This document shows, piece by piece, positions 8,117-17,907 of a DNA stretch of 64,000 nucleotides; the first letter of the stretch is position 1; each line of letters opens with the position of its first letter. The translations under genes and the position numbers were made by a program. This DNA is from Ostreococcus lucimarinus (lineage: Eukaryota): assembly GCA_000092065.1 (NCBI GenBank), contig CP000600.1. One strand, given 5' to 3'. The notes under the pieces are model-generated. The model was not told where the DNA came from and did no database searches. It saw only the letters and a list, made by a program, of their open reading frames with translations.

Positions 8117-10849
8117 TTAAACGCCGTACTGCTCAGCTAATTTTCTCATCACACCAGGTTCGAGATCCCGTACAACCATCGCCCACTGGTCGGTCCCAAC
8201 GTGATCCTTGAAGCCGCGCACAAGTTGACCCATGGTCGCGACGAGTTCATTGTTGCGGCACTGTCTCCACGACGCAACGGCCTCGACAAATGCGCTCAAA
8301 CCACTCGTCGCGCCCGACGGATTCATCTGAATCAACTTGCAAAGCCCCATGAAGCCGTGTTCTTTTTCAACGCCATCGCGAAGTCGTCTCAGAGCAGAGC
8401 ACCAAGACGTGATGAAATGCGCGAGACCACCTTGTAATTCTTCAGGACACGTCATCGAAAGTCGACCAAGACTTATGGCGGCATTTTCGCCAAGGGCTCT
8501 GTTCACCATTCGCATGTCGAGAATTTGAACCAAACATTGCGCCAGTGGCGCTACAAATGGACGCAATACGTCGCTTGACGTTCGAATGGCGATCTCGCCG
8601 GCGGCCCAGCTTGCGTTATTGCATACAGACATGTTCATGGATATGACCATCGCTGGCTGCAACTGCGCAACAATGAGCTCCATCAACTGTTGCAAAGACG
8701 GAGTCAAGTGCGCAGTACTCGAACGTGTGAGATCGCCCACGAGTGCGAATGCGCTACGTCTGACTCCTGGGGACTCATCCATGCACGAAGCGATGAGAAT
8801 ATCTCGAATAGGCGACTGCGCGACGAGCGGCTCGATGGCTTGTCCCATGCCTTCGCATAAACCAGAAAGCAAGTCCAAGGTACAAATGACGATGTCGATT
8901 GCGTACTCTTCGGCTGGCATCTCGCCGCGTTGCACTGCAGTGCGCTGCTGAAGCTGGTATGTCAAAGCGGAAATGCATTTTGCGAAAATCCCAGACGAGA
9001 ACTCGGCCGATGCCTGCCCGAGGCCGACGATTATCGCCGTGAGGCACTCGAGCAAATGATACAGCTCAGGGTCCACCTTGTTCGCATTCTCCCACTTTTG
9101 AAGCATTCCTGGTAAGATCGCACCGGCGTACCGCGCATCCTCAATCGACGGACCGATATTCTCCGCGAGCATGGTCAGTGCGTCGTACAAGTTGCGCATA
9201 TTCTTCCGCTGGTATGTAGCCAGCGCCTGGGTGAGCGTCTGCACGATAGTTTCGGTCCAAGGCGCCAGCGTGTCTTGACCTTCGGCGAGAAGGGTCGCGA
9301 TCGCGCCGCAAGCTGCGGCTTGAACGTGTTTGTTGTGATCCAAGCACCTCTTGCAAAGCGCTGTCGTCAGCGTGTTGAGCTGCTCCATACCTTGCTGCTG
9401 GGGCATCGCGTTTGGATCGTTCGACGGCCTCGCGCACTGCAACGTCCATCGAGAGAATCGACTGAGCGTCCAGCAAGTCGTTGAGCGCACCAACGGACGG
9501 GCGTCATCCAGCATCGGTAAGAGGAAATTGATTAGCATCGGGAGGTATTGCAGCAAGCCGCCTGAACAGCCCTCAGCGACGGCGCCAAGGGCCAAAATAG
9601 CGCTCTCACGGATCTCCCACCTCGACTCGCGTAGTCTCTGCTCGACGACGGGTAGCAGAAGAGGCAGAAGCTCGTCGCCAAAGACGTTCGACAGGATGTC
9701 CAAACCATTTGCAGAACTCTTTCGGAGGTTCCACACGAAGTCATCGCTGTCGTCTTGGCCGTCATCCTCTCCTTCTCCTTGTGAGCCTTTATCCTTGGTA
9801 TCACGAAACGTGGGTTTGATGTCTTGATCTCTGTCTTCCCTTCCCACGTTCACTTCGTCGTCCTCGGCCGAAATCACTTCCTCGTCGTCCTCCGTGTACG
9901 CCATGTTTGTCAACAACACTGGGATGAGTCTCGGCGTAAACTCGCGCAAAATTTGCACATAATCATCACCCAGTTCGGCCTCACAGAACGCTCCCCAGAA
10001 CTCGCACGACTCCATGGCGACGTCTTTATCCTCGTCGTCCTGCCTTTCGAGCATGTACACGATGATTTCCCGCAAATTCGGCGCCAACTTTTCTGGACAA
10101 ATGTGAATCAACATGACCAAGCCCGAGCACACCAGCCTTCGAACGTCGTTGTCCGGATCGTTCGCGAGCGAAAACAATCCTTGCAAGTAACTATCCAACA
10201 GCGCGTAGTGGTTTTCCGGCCAGCACGGCGCGATCATGTTCACCACGCCGACCGCTTGCTGGCGCACCTTGGCCGCCGGCGAGGAGAACAACGCGAACAG
10301 TCGCGGAATCACCATCCCCGCGGGCGAATCCGGCAACCCGGGCACTTTGACGTCCAATCTCCCGTTCACCTCCTCGCACGCCTTGTACAGCGCGCCCAGG
10401 GCACCGTCTCGAGAATTCTCGTCCCCCGCCTCGACCGCTCTCACGAGCGTCGGCCACAGGTCGCCCCAATTTTCAACCCCCCCGCACCGCACGATCACCG
10501 CCACGCACGTCCCGCACGTCCCCCTGATCAATCTCGACGGGTGTCCCAGCGCTCTCAGCAGCGTTTCTCGCACGTACGTCCTGTACTCTTCGCTCATCGT
10601 CGTCGTCCACGACGTCTTCAGATTATTCTTCAACAGCAGTCCCGCGCTCTGTCGCACGTCCTCCCTCCGTCCCGCGTCCTCGTCGCTCGTCAGCACGTGC
10701 GCGAGGTAGTTATTAAAGTCCGGAAACCCCGCGCATTGCTCCAGCCTGCCCAGCATCTCTCGCTGATTCGCGCGCGGGTCCAAGTATTCGGCGATCATCT
10801 GAATGATTCGCGCCGCCCCGTCCCCGTTCGGGGTCCACGCCGTCGCCAT
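8117..10849 (-). CDS. TNPO1: transportin-1 / importin beta-2 (910 aa)
   Basis: Collinear end to end with transportin-1. Matching blocks are FPDFNNYLAHVL, SAGLLLKNNL, an acidic loop followed by WNLRKSSANGLDILSNVFGDELLP, VRSTTCWTLSRF, NNASWAAGEIAI and the C-terminal ...LAEQYGV. Confidence 0.95.
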   Translation of the reverse strand: MATAWTPNGDGAARIIQMIAEYLDPRANQREMLGRLEQCAGFPDFNNYLAHVLTSDEDAGRREDVRQSAGLLLKNNLKTSWTTTMSEEYRTYVRETLLRALGHPSRLIRGTCGTCVAVIVRCGGVENWGDLWPTLVRAVEAGDENSRDGALGALYKACEEVNGRLDVKVPGLPDSPAGMVIPRLFALFSSPAAKVRQQAVGVVNMIAPCWPENHYALLDSYLQGLFSLANDPDNDVRRLVCSGLVMLIHICPEKLAPNLREIIVYMLERQDDEDKDVAMESCEFWGAFCEAELGDDYVQILREFTPRLIPVLLTNMAYTEDDEEVISAEDDEVNVGREDRDQDIKPTFRDTKDKGSQGEGEDDGQDDSDDFVWNLRKSSANGLDILSNVFGDELLPLLLPVVEQRLRESRWEIRESAILALGAVAEGCSGGLLQYLPMLINFLLPMLDDARPLVRSTTCWTLSRFSRWTLQCARPSNDPNAMPQQQGMEQLNTLTTALCKRCLDHNKHVQAAACGAIATLLAEGQDTLAPWTETIVQTLTQALATYQRKNMRNLYDALTMLAENIGPSIEDARYAGAILPGMLQKWENANKVDPELYHLLECLTAIIVGLGQASAEFSSGIFAKCISALTYQLQQRTAVQRGEMPAEEYAIDIVICTLDLLSGLCEGMGQAIEPLVAQSPIRDILIASCMDESPGVRRSAFALVGDLTRSSTAHLTPSLQQLMELIVAQLQPAMVISMNMSVCNNASWAAGEIAIRTSSDVLRPFVAPLAQCLVQILDMRMVNRALGENAAISLGRLSMTCPEELQGGLAHFITSWCSALRRLRDGVEKEHGFMGLCKLIQMNPSGATSGLSAFVEAVASWRQCRNNELVATMGQLVRGFKDHVGTDQWAMVVRDLEPGVMRKLAEQYGV

Positions 10850-11037
10850 CGCGCGCGGGAGCGCGCGTCGCGCGTCGCGTCGCGTCGCTCGACGCGCTCG
10901 CGTCGCGGTCGCGCTCGCGTCGCGCTGTGCGGGACGACGGATCGATCGCCGCGCGCGTCGGCGTCGGATAACCTCACGGCGCGACGCGCGACGCGCGCTC
11001 CGCGAGCGCGCGTCGAGCGACGACGACGACGCGCGCG

Positions 11038-12138
11038 ATGACGACGATGATGACGCGCGCGACGGCGACGACGCGCGCGACGGCGGGCGGACGCGCGAGC
11101 GGGAGCGCGGACGCGCGGACGACGCGACGCGTCGCGATGCCGAGCCGGGACGCGGCGACGACGGCGCGCGCGCGACGCGACGCGCGAGCGCGAGCGATGA
11201 AGCGGGTGTTCATCGATGGCGAGGCCGGAACCACGGGGCTTCAGGTGCGCGAACGGTTGGAGGCGCGAGGGGACGTCGAGCTGATTCAACTGGATGAGGG
11301 CTCGAGAAAGAATCTCGAGGCGAGACGCGCGGCGTTGAACGAGTGCGACGCGGCGATTCTGTGCCTTCCCGATCAGGCGGCGGAGGAGGCGGTGAAATTG
11401 GTGGAGAATGAGACGACGGTGGTGATCGATGCGTCGACGGCTTTTCGCGTCGCCGATGGTTGGACGTACGGATTCCCGGAGCTGGCGCCAGGGCATCGAG
11501 AGTTGGTCAAGGCGTCGAAGAGAATCTCAAATCCGGGGTGCTATCCCACCGGGTTCATCGCACTCACTAGACCATTGGTTGACGCGGGCATCCTGTCTCC
11601 AGGCGCGGCGTTGACGGTGAACGCGGTGAGCGGGTACACGGGCGGCGGTAAGGCGCTCATCAAGGTGTACGAGGAGGAAGAACACGAGCCGTGGGGCGCT
11701 TACGGATTTAATCTCGAACACAAGCACTTGCCAGAGATGGCGAAATGGAGCATGATCGGTCGTGAACCAATTTTCATGCCATCTGTCGGTTCCTTCGCGC
11801 AAGGTATGGTGGTGAGCGTACCGTTGCATTACGATCAACTTGCCGCCGACGCTCGCAGCGCCAAGCGTCTGCATGAGTGCTTACGCGCGCGGTACGCGCA
11901 GAGTACGTACGTTTCGGTGCGAGATTTGAACAAGATGGACGACCTCGAGCGTGGAGCTTTCATGAGACCAGACTCTTTGGCGAACACGAACAAGCTCGAG
12001 TTAAGTGTTTACGCCAACGACTCAAAGCGAACCGCCGTTCTCGTGGCAAGGTTAGATAATTTGGGCAAAGGTGCTTCGGGTGCGGCGGTGCAAAACATGA
12101 ACTTGGCGCTTGGACTGGATGAAACAATGGGATTGTAG
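11038..12138 (+). CDS. argC: N-acetyl-gamma-glutamyl-phosphate reductase (short ArgC type) with transit peptide
   Basis: After a presequence of about 53 aa rich in Thr/Arg/Ala: KRVFIDGEAGTTGLQVRERL, AILCLPDQAAEE, VIDASTAFR and the catalytic NPGCYPTG, then SGYTGGGK and DNLGKGASGAAVQNMN. Confidence 0.9.
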   Translation: MTTMMTRATATTRATAGGRASGSADARTTRRVAMPSRDAATTARARRDARARAMKRVFIDGEAGTTGLQVRERLEARGDVELIQLDEGSRKNLEARRAALNECDAAILCLPDQAAEEAVKLVENETTVVIDASTAFRVADGWTYGFPELAPGHRELVKASKRISNPGCYPTGFIALTRPLVDAGILSPGAALTVNAVSGYTGGGKALIKVYEEEEHEPWGAYGFNLEHKHLPEMAKWSMIGREPIFMPSVGSFAQGMVVSVPLHYDQLAADARSAKRLHECLRARYAQSTYVSVRDLNKMDDLERGAFMRPDSLANTNKLELSVYANDSKRTAVLVARLDNLGKGASGAAVQNMNLALGLDETMGL

Positions 12139-12263
12139 GCATTACGAGACAGTATGTTAACATATTATGCTAAGATATACCACGATGAACCATGAAAATA
12201 TTATAGTACCACTAGAATCGTAGTGGCAGAGAATCAGAGCGACGCGCGGTCGCACAAGCTATC

Positions 12264-13213
12264 TCACTTATCAAATAGTGATGGGCGAATCGCGCCGCCA
12301 AGATTCGACGGGAACAACTTCCTCACAAAGCAACCCACTTTCGAACGGTGCTTGTAAATTTTCGTCCGGATTCTGTTGAATGCCTCCGGTGAGCGGACAG
12401 AATCGAATGTTCCAGTGCGTAAGAACATTCCTTCTAGCGCGCGCGCGTACTTTTCTAGAGTGTCAAGATCTTCCAGCAAATCCGTCATAGCGTAATCCAT
12501 CCTGAGAAACGCCGAGCGCGCACGGTGCGAATAATAATTCACATCGCACATCTCCATATCATCGATGCTGTATTCAAACTGCGCCAACGTATGCTATCGT
12601 GTCACGCACGCATATTGTTACTTTAGTCAGTCATCAATCTCTCCGTGCGTCGTCGAAATCACGACTCGCGTGTAGTCGTATCGCTCGCATCGCTCGTCCC
12701 GTCGCACCTGCATGAGCTGCGCAATGTATTCGTGGCAACCCACCACCGCTTGCGCGTGACGATGCGGCCATCGCGTTACGCCCGCTTTTCTACACCTACA
12801 CTCACCGCGAACCAGACGCGCATCGTCAGTCACGCGGTCCGTGCGAGCGACAAAGACTCTCAAAAAAGTCAAAAAAAAATCGCGCGCTGGGCTCAAAAAC
12901 ACAATAAAGCGACGAAAGACACGTGCGCTTTGACGTACTGCAGCCTGAATGATCCAGAGGGCATCCCAAACGCCTTCGCGACTTTGTCCGCGGGCATCAT
13001 CAGGAACGCGTACAGCTCGTGCAAGTCGAACGGCTCGTCCAACTCCTCGTCGATCGCCAACGCCTCGCGTTCGGCAAACTGTTTCGCGACGAGCGCCGCT
13101 CGCCTCGCCCGTTGATCATCATCGATTATCCCCAATCGATGATCTAAGATCGCGCGCGCCGCGCGCGCCTCCGTCGCCGCGAGCGCGTCGCGTTCGTTCG
13201 CAATCGTTCTCAT
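12264..13213 (-). CDS. small RWP-RK domain transcription factor (230 aa; 3 exons: 13213..12939, 12795..12708, 12593..12264)
   Basis: Three separate track ORFs join in phase. Exon 1 ends ...LYAFLMMPADKVAKAFGMPSGSFRL(Q). Exon 2 is CRKAGVTRWPHRHAQAVVGCHEYIAQLMQ. Exon 3 is HTLAQFEYSIDD.... The spliced product restores the canonical L-x-x-F-x...LG...LK-x-CR..G..RWP-x-R motif. Donors are GTACGT and GTGCGA, and both introns carry ACTGAC. Confidence 0.7.
12594..12707 (-). other. spliceosomal intron 2 (114 nt) of RWP-RK gene
   Basis: On the minus strand: CAG|GTGCGA donor, atgACTGACtaa branch box about 29 nt upstream of the GATAG acceptor, phase 0. Confidence 0.6.
12796..12938 (-). other. spliceosomal intron 1 (143 nt) of RWP-RK gene
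   Basis: On the minus strand: CTGCA|GTACGT donor, gtgACTGACgat branch box about 30 nt upstream of the GTGTAG acceptor. The intron splits a Gln codon (ca|g) inside the RWP-RK motif. Confidence 0.7.
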
Positions 13214-13495
13214 CGCGCGTGCGCGCGCGTCGCAGCCACGCGCGCCGCGCCGGGCGAGCGCACCACGGCCTCGCGCCTCGGAATAAAAAAACCCTCCGGT
13301 GGCATCGCGCGCGCCTTCCCGCGTCGCGCGCTTTCACTCGGCACGTTCATCGCACCGTCGATACCCTTTCGATTCGCGCTTGTACGGCGTCTTCGCCGCG
13401 CGCGGTGGCGATAAACGTTCGTGCGCTTTTTCGCCACTTTTTCGGTCTTTTCGGTCTGTTCGACGGCGACCGGTCGACAGTCGGAGATTTAACTT

Positions 13496-13540
13496 GTCGT
13501 ATGCGTAAACAGTCAGAATAAGGACGTATGCGTAAACAGT
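13496..13540. repeat. two tandem copies (27-bp spacing) of intergenic motif CGTATGCGTAAACAGT
   Basis: Exact 16-mers at 13498..13513 and 13525..13540. The first is part of an 18-mer identical to 39377..39394. They lie in the divergent spacer between the RWP-RK gene and the 13632 gene. Confidence 0.9.
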
Positions 13541-13592
13541 TCGAGACCCGTGCGCGCGCGCGCCGGGCGCGCCGGCGTCCCGGACCGCACTC

Positions 13593-13626
<34 letters not shown>

Positions 13627-13631
13627 GCGCC

Positions 13632-14918
13632 ATGCGCCGCGCGCTGGACGACGACGATGATCTCGGAGGCGCGCGTCGACGACGCGACGGCGCGCGAGCG
13701 CGCGCGGGGGCGCGAACGAGCGCGGCGAAGGCGGATGGGGACGGTTGCGCCGCGCGCGGTGCGTCGGCGGCGGCGCGCGAGGAGAACGGCGGCGCGGCGG
13801 CGCCGGGCGAGGGCGAGGGCGCGGGAGGGGCGATGCGCGTCGCGCGCGAGTGGGTCGGGGGTGATGGCGCGAAGGCGCGCGCGAGGGGCGTGGGGAGCGG
13901 GGGCGCGGCGAGGCGGGCGGCGCGCGGGCTAAATATAGCGACGACGACCGCGGTCGGGATGTACGTGTATTGGATACTCATGGGGACGGTGGCTTGGATC
14001 TCGCACTTGGGCGAACGCGCGCCGTGGTTGAGGTTCGCGCTACCGGCGGAAGGATATCCGGGAAACGCGCCGTCGAGCGCGGGGGCGCTCGGATTCGTCG
14101 CGAGAAACGTGCCGCTGAGTCTCATCTTTGTCGTGCCGCATTCAGTGTTTTTGCCGAGTCGATTGCGGAAGATTTTCGGAAAACATGGGCGTTTGATGTA
14201 TAATTTCGTGTCTGCGGCGACGTTGCACTTCTTCTTGTTGAATTTTACGCCGTTGAAGACGCCGGTGGTGATGACGATTCCATTCAACACGAATTTTCAC
14301 AACGCGCTCTCGATTGGATGTCTCGCTTACGCGTCGTATGCGTTCCTCAGCTCACCCGCAACGTTAGGTTTATTAGGTGTGAGCTCGGCGCTCGAGCTTC
14401 GCGACAGTAAATACTCCAATCCAGCGGCTGGCATGGACGCCATCACGTGGATGGGCGTGACGACGTGGCGGCTCGGCGGCGCCTCCGCCTTTGTATTGTT
14501 CACCGGTCTATCCATCATCCCGCGCGAGCTCACGTTGGGTGACTGCATCACGAGATGTGTTGCTGCGGTGTATTTACGTCAGCGCTCGCGATCGTTCCGC
14601 GAGTGGGTGGAAAAGATCGAGGGCGTCCACCTCTTGACGTGGATTTTACGAGGCACGCTCTTGTCCTTCGCGTGTCACGGCGCCTTGCAAGGCGGTGGAA
14701 ACGTTCGCACAGTGGGATGGATTTTATTCGGCGCCGCGAGTTTAGCGGGAATTCTGCGTCTCGCCGAGTCAGAGAGTCCGAACGCTAAGAAGAAACCCAT
14801 TTCTCGCGCCGCGTCCTTTGACGTCGCCGAAGCCGCGCCCGCGGCGCTCGACGACGTCGCCCGAGTCAATCGCCCGGAGCGCTGGCACGCGTGGAACCCG
14901 CACGCTCGCATGACGTGA
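13632..14918 (+). CDS. multi-pass membrane protein (NnrU/ICMT-like topology), function unknown
   Basis: ATG ORF of 428 aa. A Gly/Ala/Arg-rich N-terminal region of about 100 aa is encoded partly by (CGG)n. At least 7 hydrophobic helices follow (MYVYWILMGTVAWISHL, VPLSLIFVVPHSVF, LMYNFVSAATLHFFLLNF ...). The family is a guess. Confidence 0.55.
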   Translation: MRRALDDDDDLGGARRRRDGARARAGARTSAAKADGDGCAARGASAAAREENGGAAAPGEGEGAGGAMRVAREWVGGDGAKARARGVGSGGAARRAARGLNIATTTAVGMYVYWILMGTVAWISHLGERAPWLRFALPAEGYPGNAPSSAGALGFVARNVPLSLIFVVPHSVFLPSRLRKIFGKHGRLMYNFVSAATLHFFLLNFTPLKTPVVMTIPFNTNFHNALSIGCLAYASYAFLSSPATLGLLGVSSALELRDSKYSNPAAGMDAITWMGVTTWRLGGASAFVLFTGLSIIPRELTLGDCITRCVAAVYLRQRSRSFREWVEKIEGVHLLTWILRGTLLSFACHGALQGGGNVRTVGWILFGAASLAGILRLAESESPNAKKKPISRAASFDVAEAAPAALDDVARVNRPERWHAWNPHARMT

Positions 14919-15084
14919 CGCGACAAAGCGTTCGTTCTGTTGTCAACTTTAGTTTACCGCTCACTCGCGTTCGCGCGAATCGTTTCGCCTTCGACGCCGC
15001 GCTTCGCGCTCGCGTCCCGCTCGCCCGAGCGCAGCCGCCACTCGCCGACGCGTCGTTCGCGCTTTCGCTTTCGCGCGACGGGTC

Positions 15085-17046
15085 ATGGCCGCGCCCGCGC
15101 CGTGGGAGCCCGCGGCGGCTAAAGCCGAGGGTCCACCGTTCGAAGATCTCGTCCCCGCCCTGCGCGCGTCCTCGCTCGCCGTCCTCGAGCGCGCCGGTTT
15201 CGCGCGCTCGACGCCGGTCCAGGCCGCCACCGTCCCGCTGCTCTGCTCGCACAAGGACGTCTCCGTCGAGGCGTGCACGGGGTCGGGGAAGACGCTGGCG
15301 TTCGTGCTGCCGATGATTGAGATTCTGGCGCGAGCGAAGCGCGAGCTGAAGCGATACCAGGTCGGGGCGGTGATCGTGAGCCCGACGCGAGAGCTGGCAA
15401 AGCAAATTCACGAAGTCGCGGCGCCGTTCGTGCGGACGCTGGGGAAAGAACGGAGCGAGACGAATGAGGGTGAAGGAGATTTAGCGATGTTGCTCGTGGG
15501 AGGAACGGATGTGGCGAAGGATGTGGCGACGTTCGCGGCGACGTCGCCGCTGGTGCTCATCGCGACGCCGGGGCGCTTGTGGGACGTGATGCAGCGAAGC
15601 AAAGAGCTGGACGGGAAGAAGTGTGAATTGCTCATATTGGACGAAGCCGATCGATTGCTCGGGATGGGATTCATGGCGACTTTGAATAATATTATATCGC
15701 GACTACCCAAGCAGCGAAGGACTGGGTTGTTCAGTGCGACACAGACGGAAGAGGTGGCGGAACTCGCGAGAGCGGGCTTGCGGAACCCGGTGCGAGTGAC
15801 GGTGCGAGACGCGTTGAACTCGGCTGCAAAGGCGGCGGGTGAGAAGGCTGGGAAGCTTCCGACGCAGCTGCAGCTGCTTTATCGTATATGTTCCGTAGAT
15901 TCCAAGCTGTGGCATTTCGTGAACTTCATCAAGGAGCATCGCGAGTGTAAAGTCATCGTCTACTTTTTGACATGCGCGTGCGTGGACTTTTACGAATCGG
16001 CGCTCAAAGAACTTTTGCCAGAGTCCACCGCCATCGCGCTGCACGGAAAAATGAAACAAAGCGCCCGGGAAAGCGCTTTGGGTAAATTCACCGAACAAAA
16101 GTCGGGTATTCTGATGTGTACTGACATCGCGGCTCGCGGTTTAGACATTCCAGGCGTCGATTGGATTGTGCAATTTGATCCACCGCAAGACCCGGCGGCG
16201 TTTGTGCATCGTGTCGGAAGAACTGCGCGCATGGGTCGAGATGGAAGTGCATTAGTGTTTTTATCGCCGAATTCGGAGGCCAGCTATGTGGACTTTTTGC
16301 GAATTCGCGGTGTAGAGATCAAGCCGGCTCCGGGAACGCGCGAAGGTTACGCCGAGGAGGCAGCCGCGGCAAAGGATGGCGGCGACGACAACGGCGAAAT
16401 TGAACTAGCATCAGAGATCGTCGACGCTTTGGAGAAAGATGCGAGCGATGAGAGAAAAGGTGCGGCGCACGTGCATGCGGTGTTGCGAAAAGCGAGCGAA
16501 AAAAAACGGGAAATTATGGAGAAGGGCGTGCGAGCGTACGTCTCATTCATTCGCGGGTACAAGGAGCATCACTGTCGATTCATTTTCCGATTTAAAGAGC
16601 TCGAATACGGCGCGCTCGCCATGTCCATGGGTCTGCTTCGTCTTCCGAAGATGAAGGAAATTCGCAAGGCACCGAAAAAGTTTATGGAATGCTTCGTCGA
16701 ATCATCCGTCCACGCCGATTCGGTGGCTTTCGAGGACAAGGCTCGCGAAAAGCAACGTCAAAGAACCCTCAAGGAGCAAGAAGAAGCGGCCGAGGCGCAG
16801 CGTTTATTGGATGCGGATAAACCCAAACCTAAGAAGGAAAAGGTCAAGGAGGAAAAGCGCCAGACAGCCTTCAAACGTCGCAAGGAAGAGTCCAGAGCCG
16901 ACATCGAAGAGATGGAGGACGATTACCGCGCCCTCAAAAAGTTGAAAAAGGGCAAGATGACGGAGGAAGAGTTCGATCTCGAGATCGGTTTTGACGAAGT
17001 CGAGAAGTCAAACAACAAGAAACCTAGCAAGCGCGCGGGGCGATAG
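15085..17046 (+). CDS. DDX55: DEAD-box ATP-dependent RNA helicase, DDX55/Spb4 type
   Basis: Q-motif FARSTPVQ, then ACTGSGKTLAF, SPTRELA, LDEADRLL, SATQT, TDIAARGLDIP and HRVGRTARMG. The Spb4/DDX55-specific C-terminal block is YVSFIRGYKEHHCRFIFRFKELEYGALAMSMGLLRLPKM, followed by a K/E-rich tail. Confidence 0.9.
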   Translation: MAAPAPWEPAAAKAEGPPFEDLVPALRASSLAVLERAGFARSTPVQAATVPLLCSHKDVSVEACTGSGKTLAFVLPMIEILARAKRELKRYQVGAVIVSPTRELAKQIHEVAAPFVRTLGKERSETNEGEGDLAMLLVGGTDVAKDVATFAATSPLVLIATPGRLWDVMQRSKELDGKKCELLILDEADRLLGMGFMATLNNIISRLPKQRRTGLFSATQTEEVAELARAGLRNPVRVTVRDALNSAAKAAGEKAGKLPTQLQLLYRICSVDSKLWHFVNFIKEHRECKVIVYFLTCACVDFYESALKELLPESTAIALHGKMKQSARESALGKFTEQKSGILMCTDIAARGLDIPGVDWIVQFDPPQDPAAFVHRVGRTARMGRDGSALVFLSPNSEASYVDFLRIRGVEIKPAPGTREGYAEEAAAAKDGGDDNGEIELASEIVDALEKDASDERKGAAHVHAVLRKASEKKREIMEKGVRAYVSFIRGYKEHHCRFIFRFKELEYGALAMSMGLLRLPKMKEIRKAPKKFMECFVESSVHADSVAFEDKAREKQRQRTLKEQEEAAEAQRLLDADKPKPKKEKVKEEKRQTAFKRRKEESRADIEEMEDDYRALKKLKKGKMTEEEFDLEIGFDEVEKSNNKKPSKRAGR

Positions 17047-17102
17047 AGCCTCAGTGGAGAGATTCATCTTTAGTAGAACAAGTTTAGATAGTACAACACG
17101 CG

Positions 17103-17670
17103 TCAATCTCTCGAAAGCTGTTTGCGAATCACGCCGCCCCACTTTGCCAACAACGCGTCCACGTCGCCATTCATTCGCGTTCCCACGCCACCCCACACCA
17201 ATAAATCCGGTATATCGCGCAATCCGTTCTCGCCCACCACGCGCACGGTTTCAAACCCCAATCGACCGTAATACCTCACCAATTTCTCCGCGTACCCGTT
17301 CCCGTCGTCGATCGCGAGCAACTCGCACTTTTTACACCCCGCCTCCGCCCCCTCGAGCAGAGACATCGTCCCGAGCAAAATCGCGATCCCAAACGTGCTT
17401 CGCATCTTCCCGCGCTCGCGCTCGCTCACTTTAGAGTTATACACGCGCATGCTATCCATGTGCAATATCCCAAACGGCGGCGGCGCCACGAACCCGTCGT
17501 GCGTCGCCACGACGTCCGCCTCTCCCTCCCCCCCCCGCCCCGTCCTCATCCGTCGCGCCTCCATCTTGAACACCGGTCCGTAAAACTTCGTCTCCAGCGT
17601 CAATCCTCGCGCGTTCGCCGCGCGTTCGATCTCTTCCCGCGTCACGCGCGTCCCGTCGCCGCGTCCTCGT

Positions 17671-17703
<33 letters not shown>

Positions 17704-17825
17704 TCGCGCCTTCCCGTCGCGCGCGCGACGCGCGCCGCGCGCCGTCGCCTCGCCCGCGTCGCCCGCGTCGTCCGCGTCGCGCATCGCGTCGACTCGGCGC
17801 GCGTCGACGGCCGTCGCGCGCGCAT
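17103..17825 (-). CDS. GNAT-like acyl-CoA N-acyltransferase fold protein with presequence
   Basis: The first ATG is at 17825; the track ORF starts at a GTG at 17891. The C-terminal region ILLGTMSLLEGAEAGCKKCELLAIDDGNGYAEKLVRYYGRLGFETV resembles the GNAT acetyl-CoA pocket. Assignment is weak. Confidence 0.45.
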
Positions 17826-17907
17826 CGCGCGTCGCCGAGCGTCGCGCAGTCGCGCGTAACAACCTCGGCGTCGTCGTCGTCGTCGTCGCACAGCGCGACG
17901 CGACGCG

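Noticed and set aside
7735-8211. Track ORFs translating as ...LPLPLPLP..., ...FLFLFLFL... and WKRIGRGLEED repeats
   Set aside because: These are direct translations of the (CTTCCT)25 and CCTCTTCCAAT x7 tandem repeats in a convergent 3' spacer, not genes. The array is also not CRISPR-like, because the units are contiguous with no spacers.
9175-9180. ACTGAC / GTCAGT hexamers inside coding exons (for example 9175 in transportin, 16123 in DDX55, 21043 in LysRS, 30295 in GOGAT, 59509 in SWIP)
   Set aside because: The surrounding ORFs are continuous and align with homologues straight through these sites, and no in-phase donor/acceptor pair surrounds them. About 30 chance occurrences of the hexamer are expected in this window.
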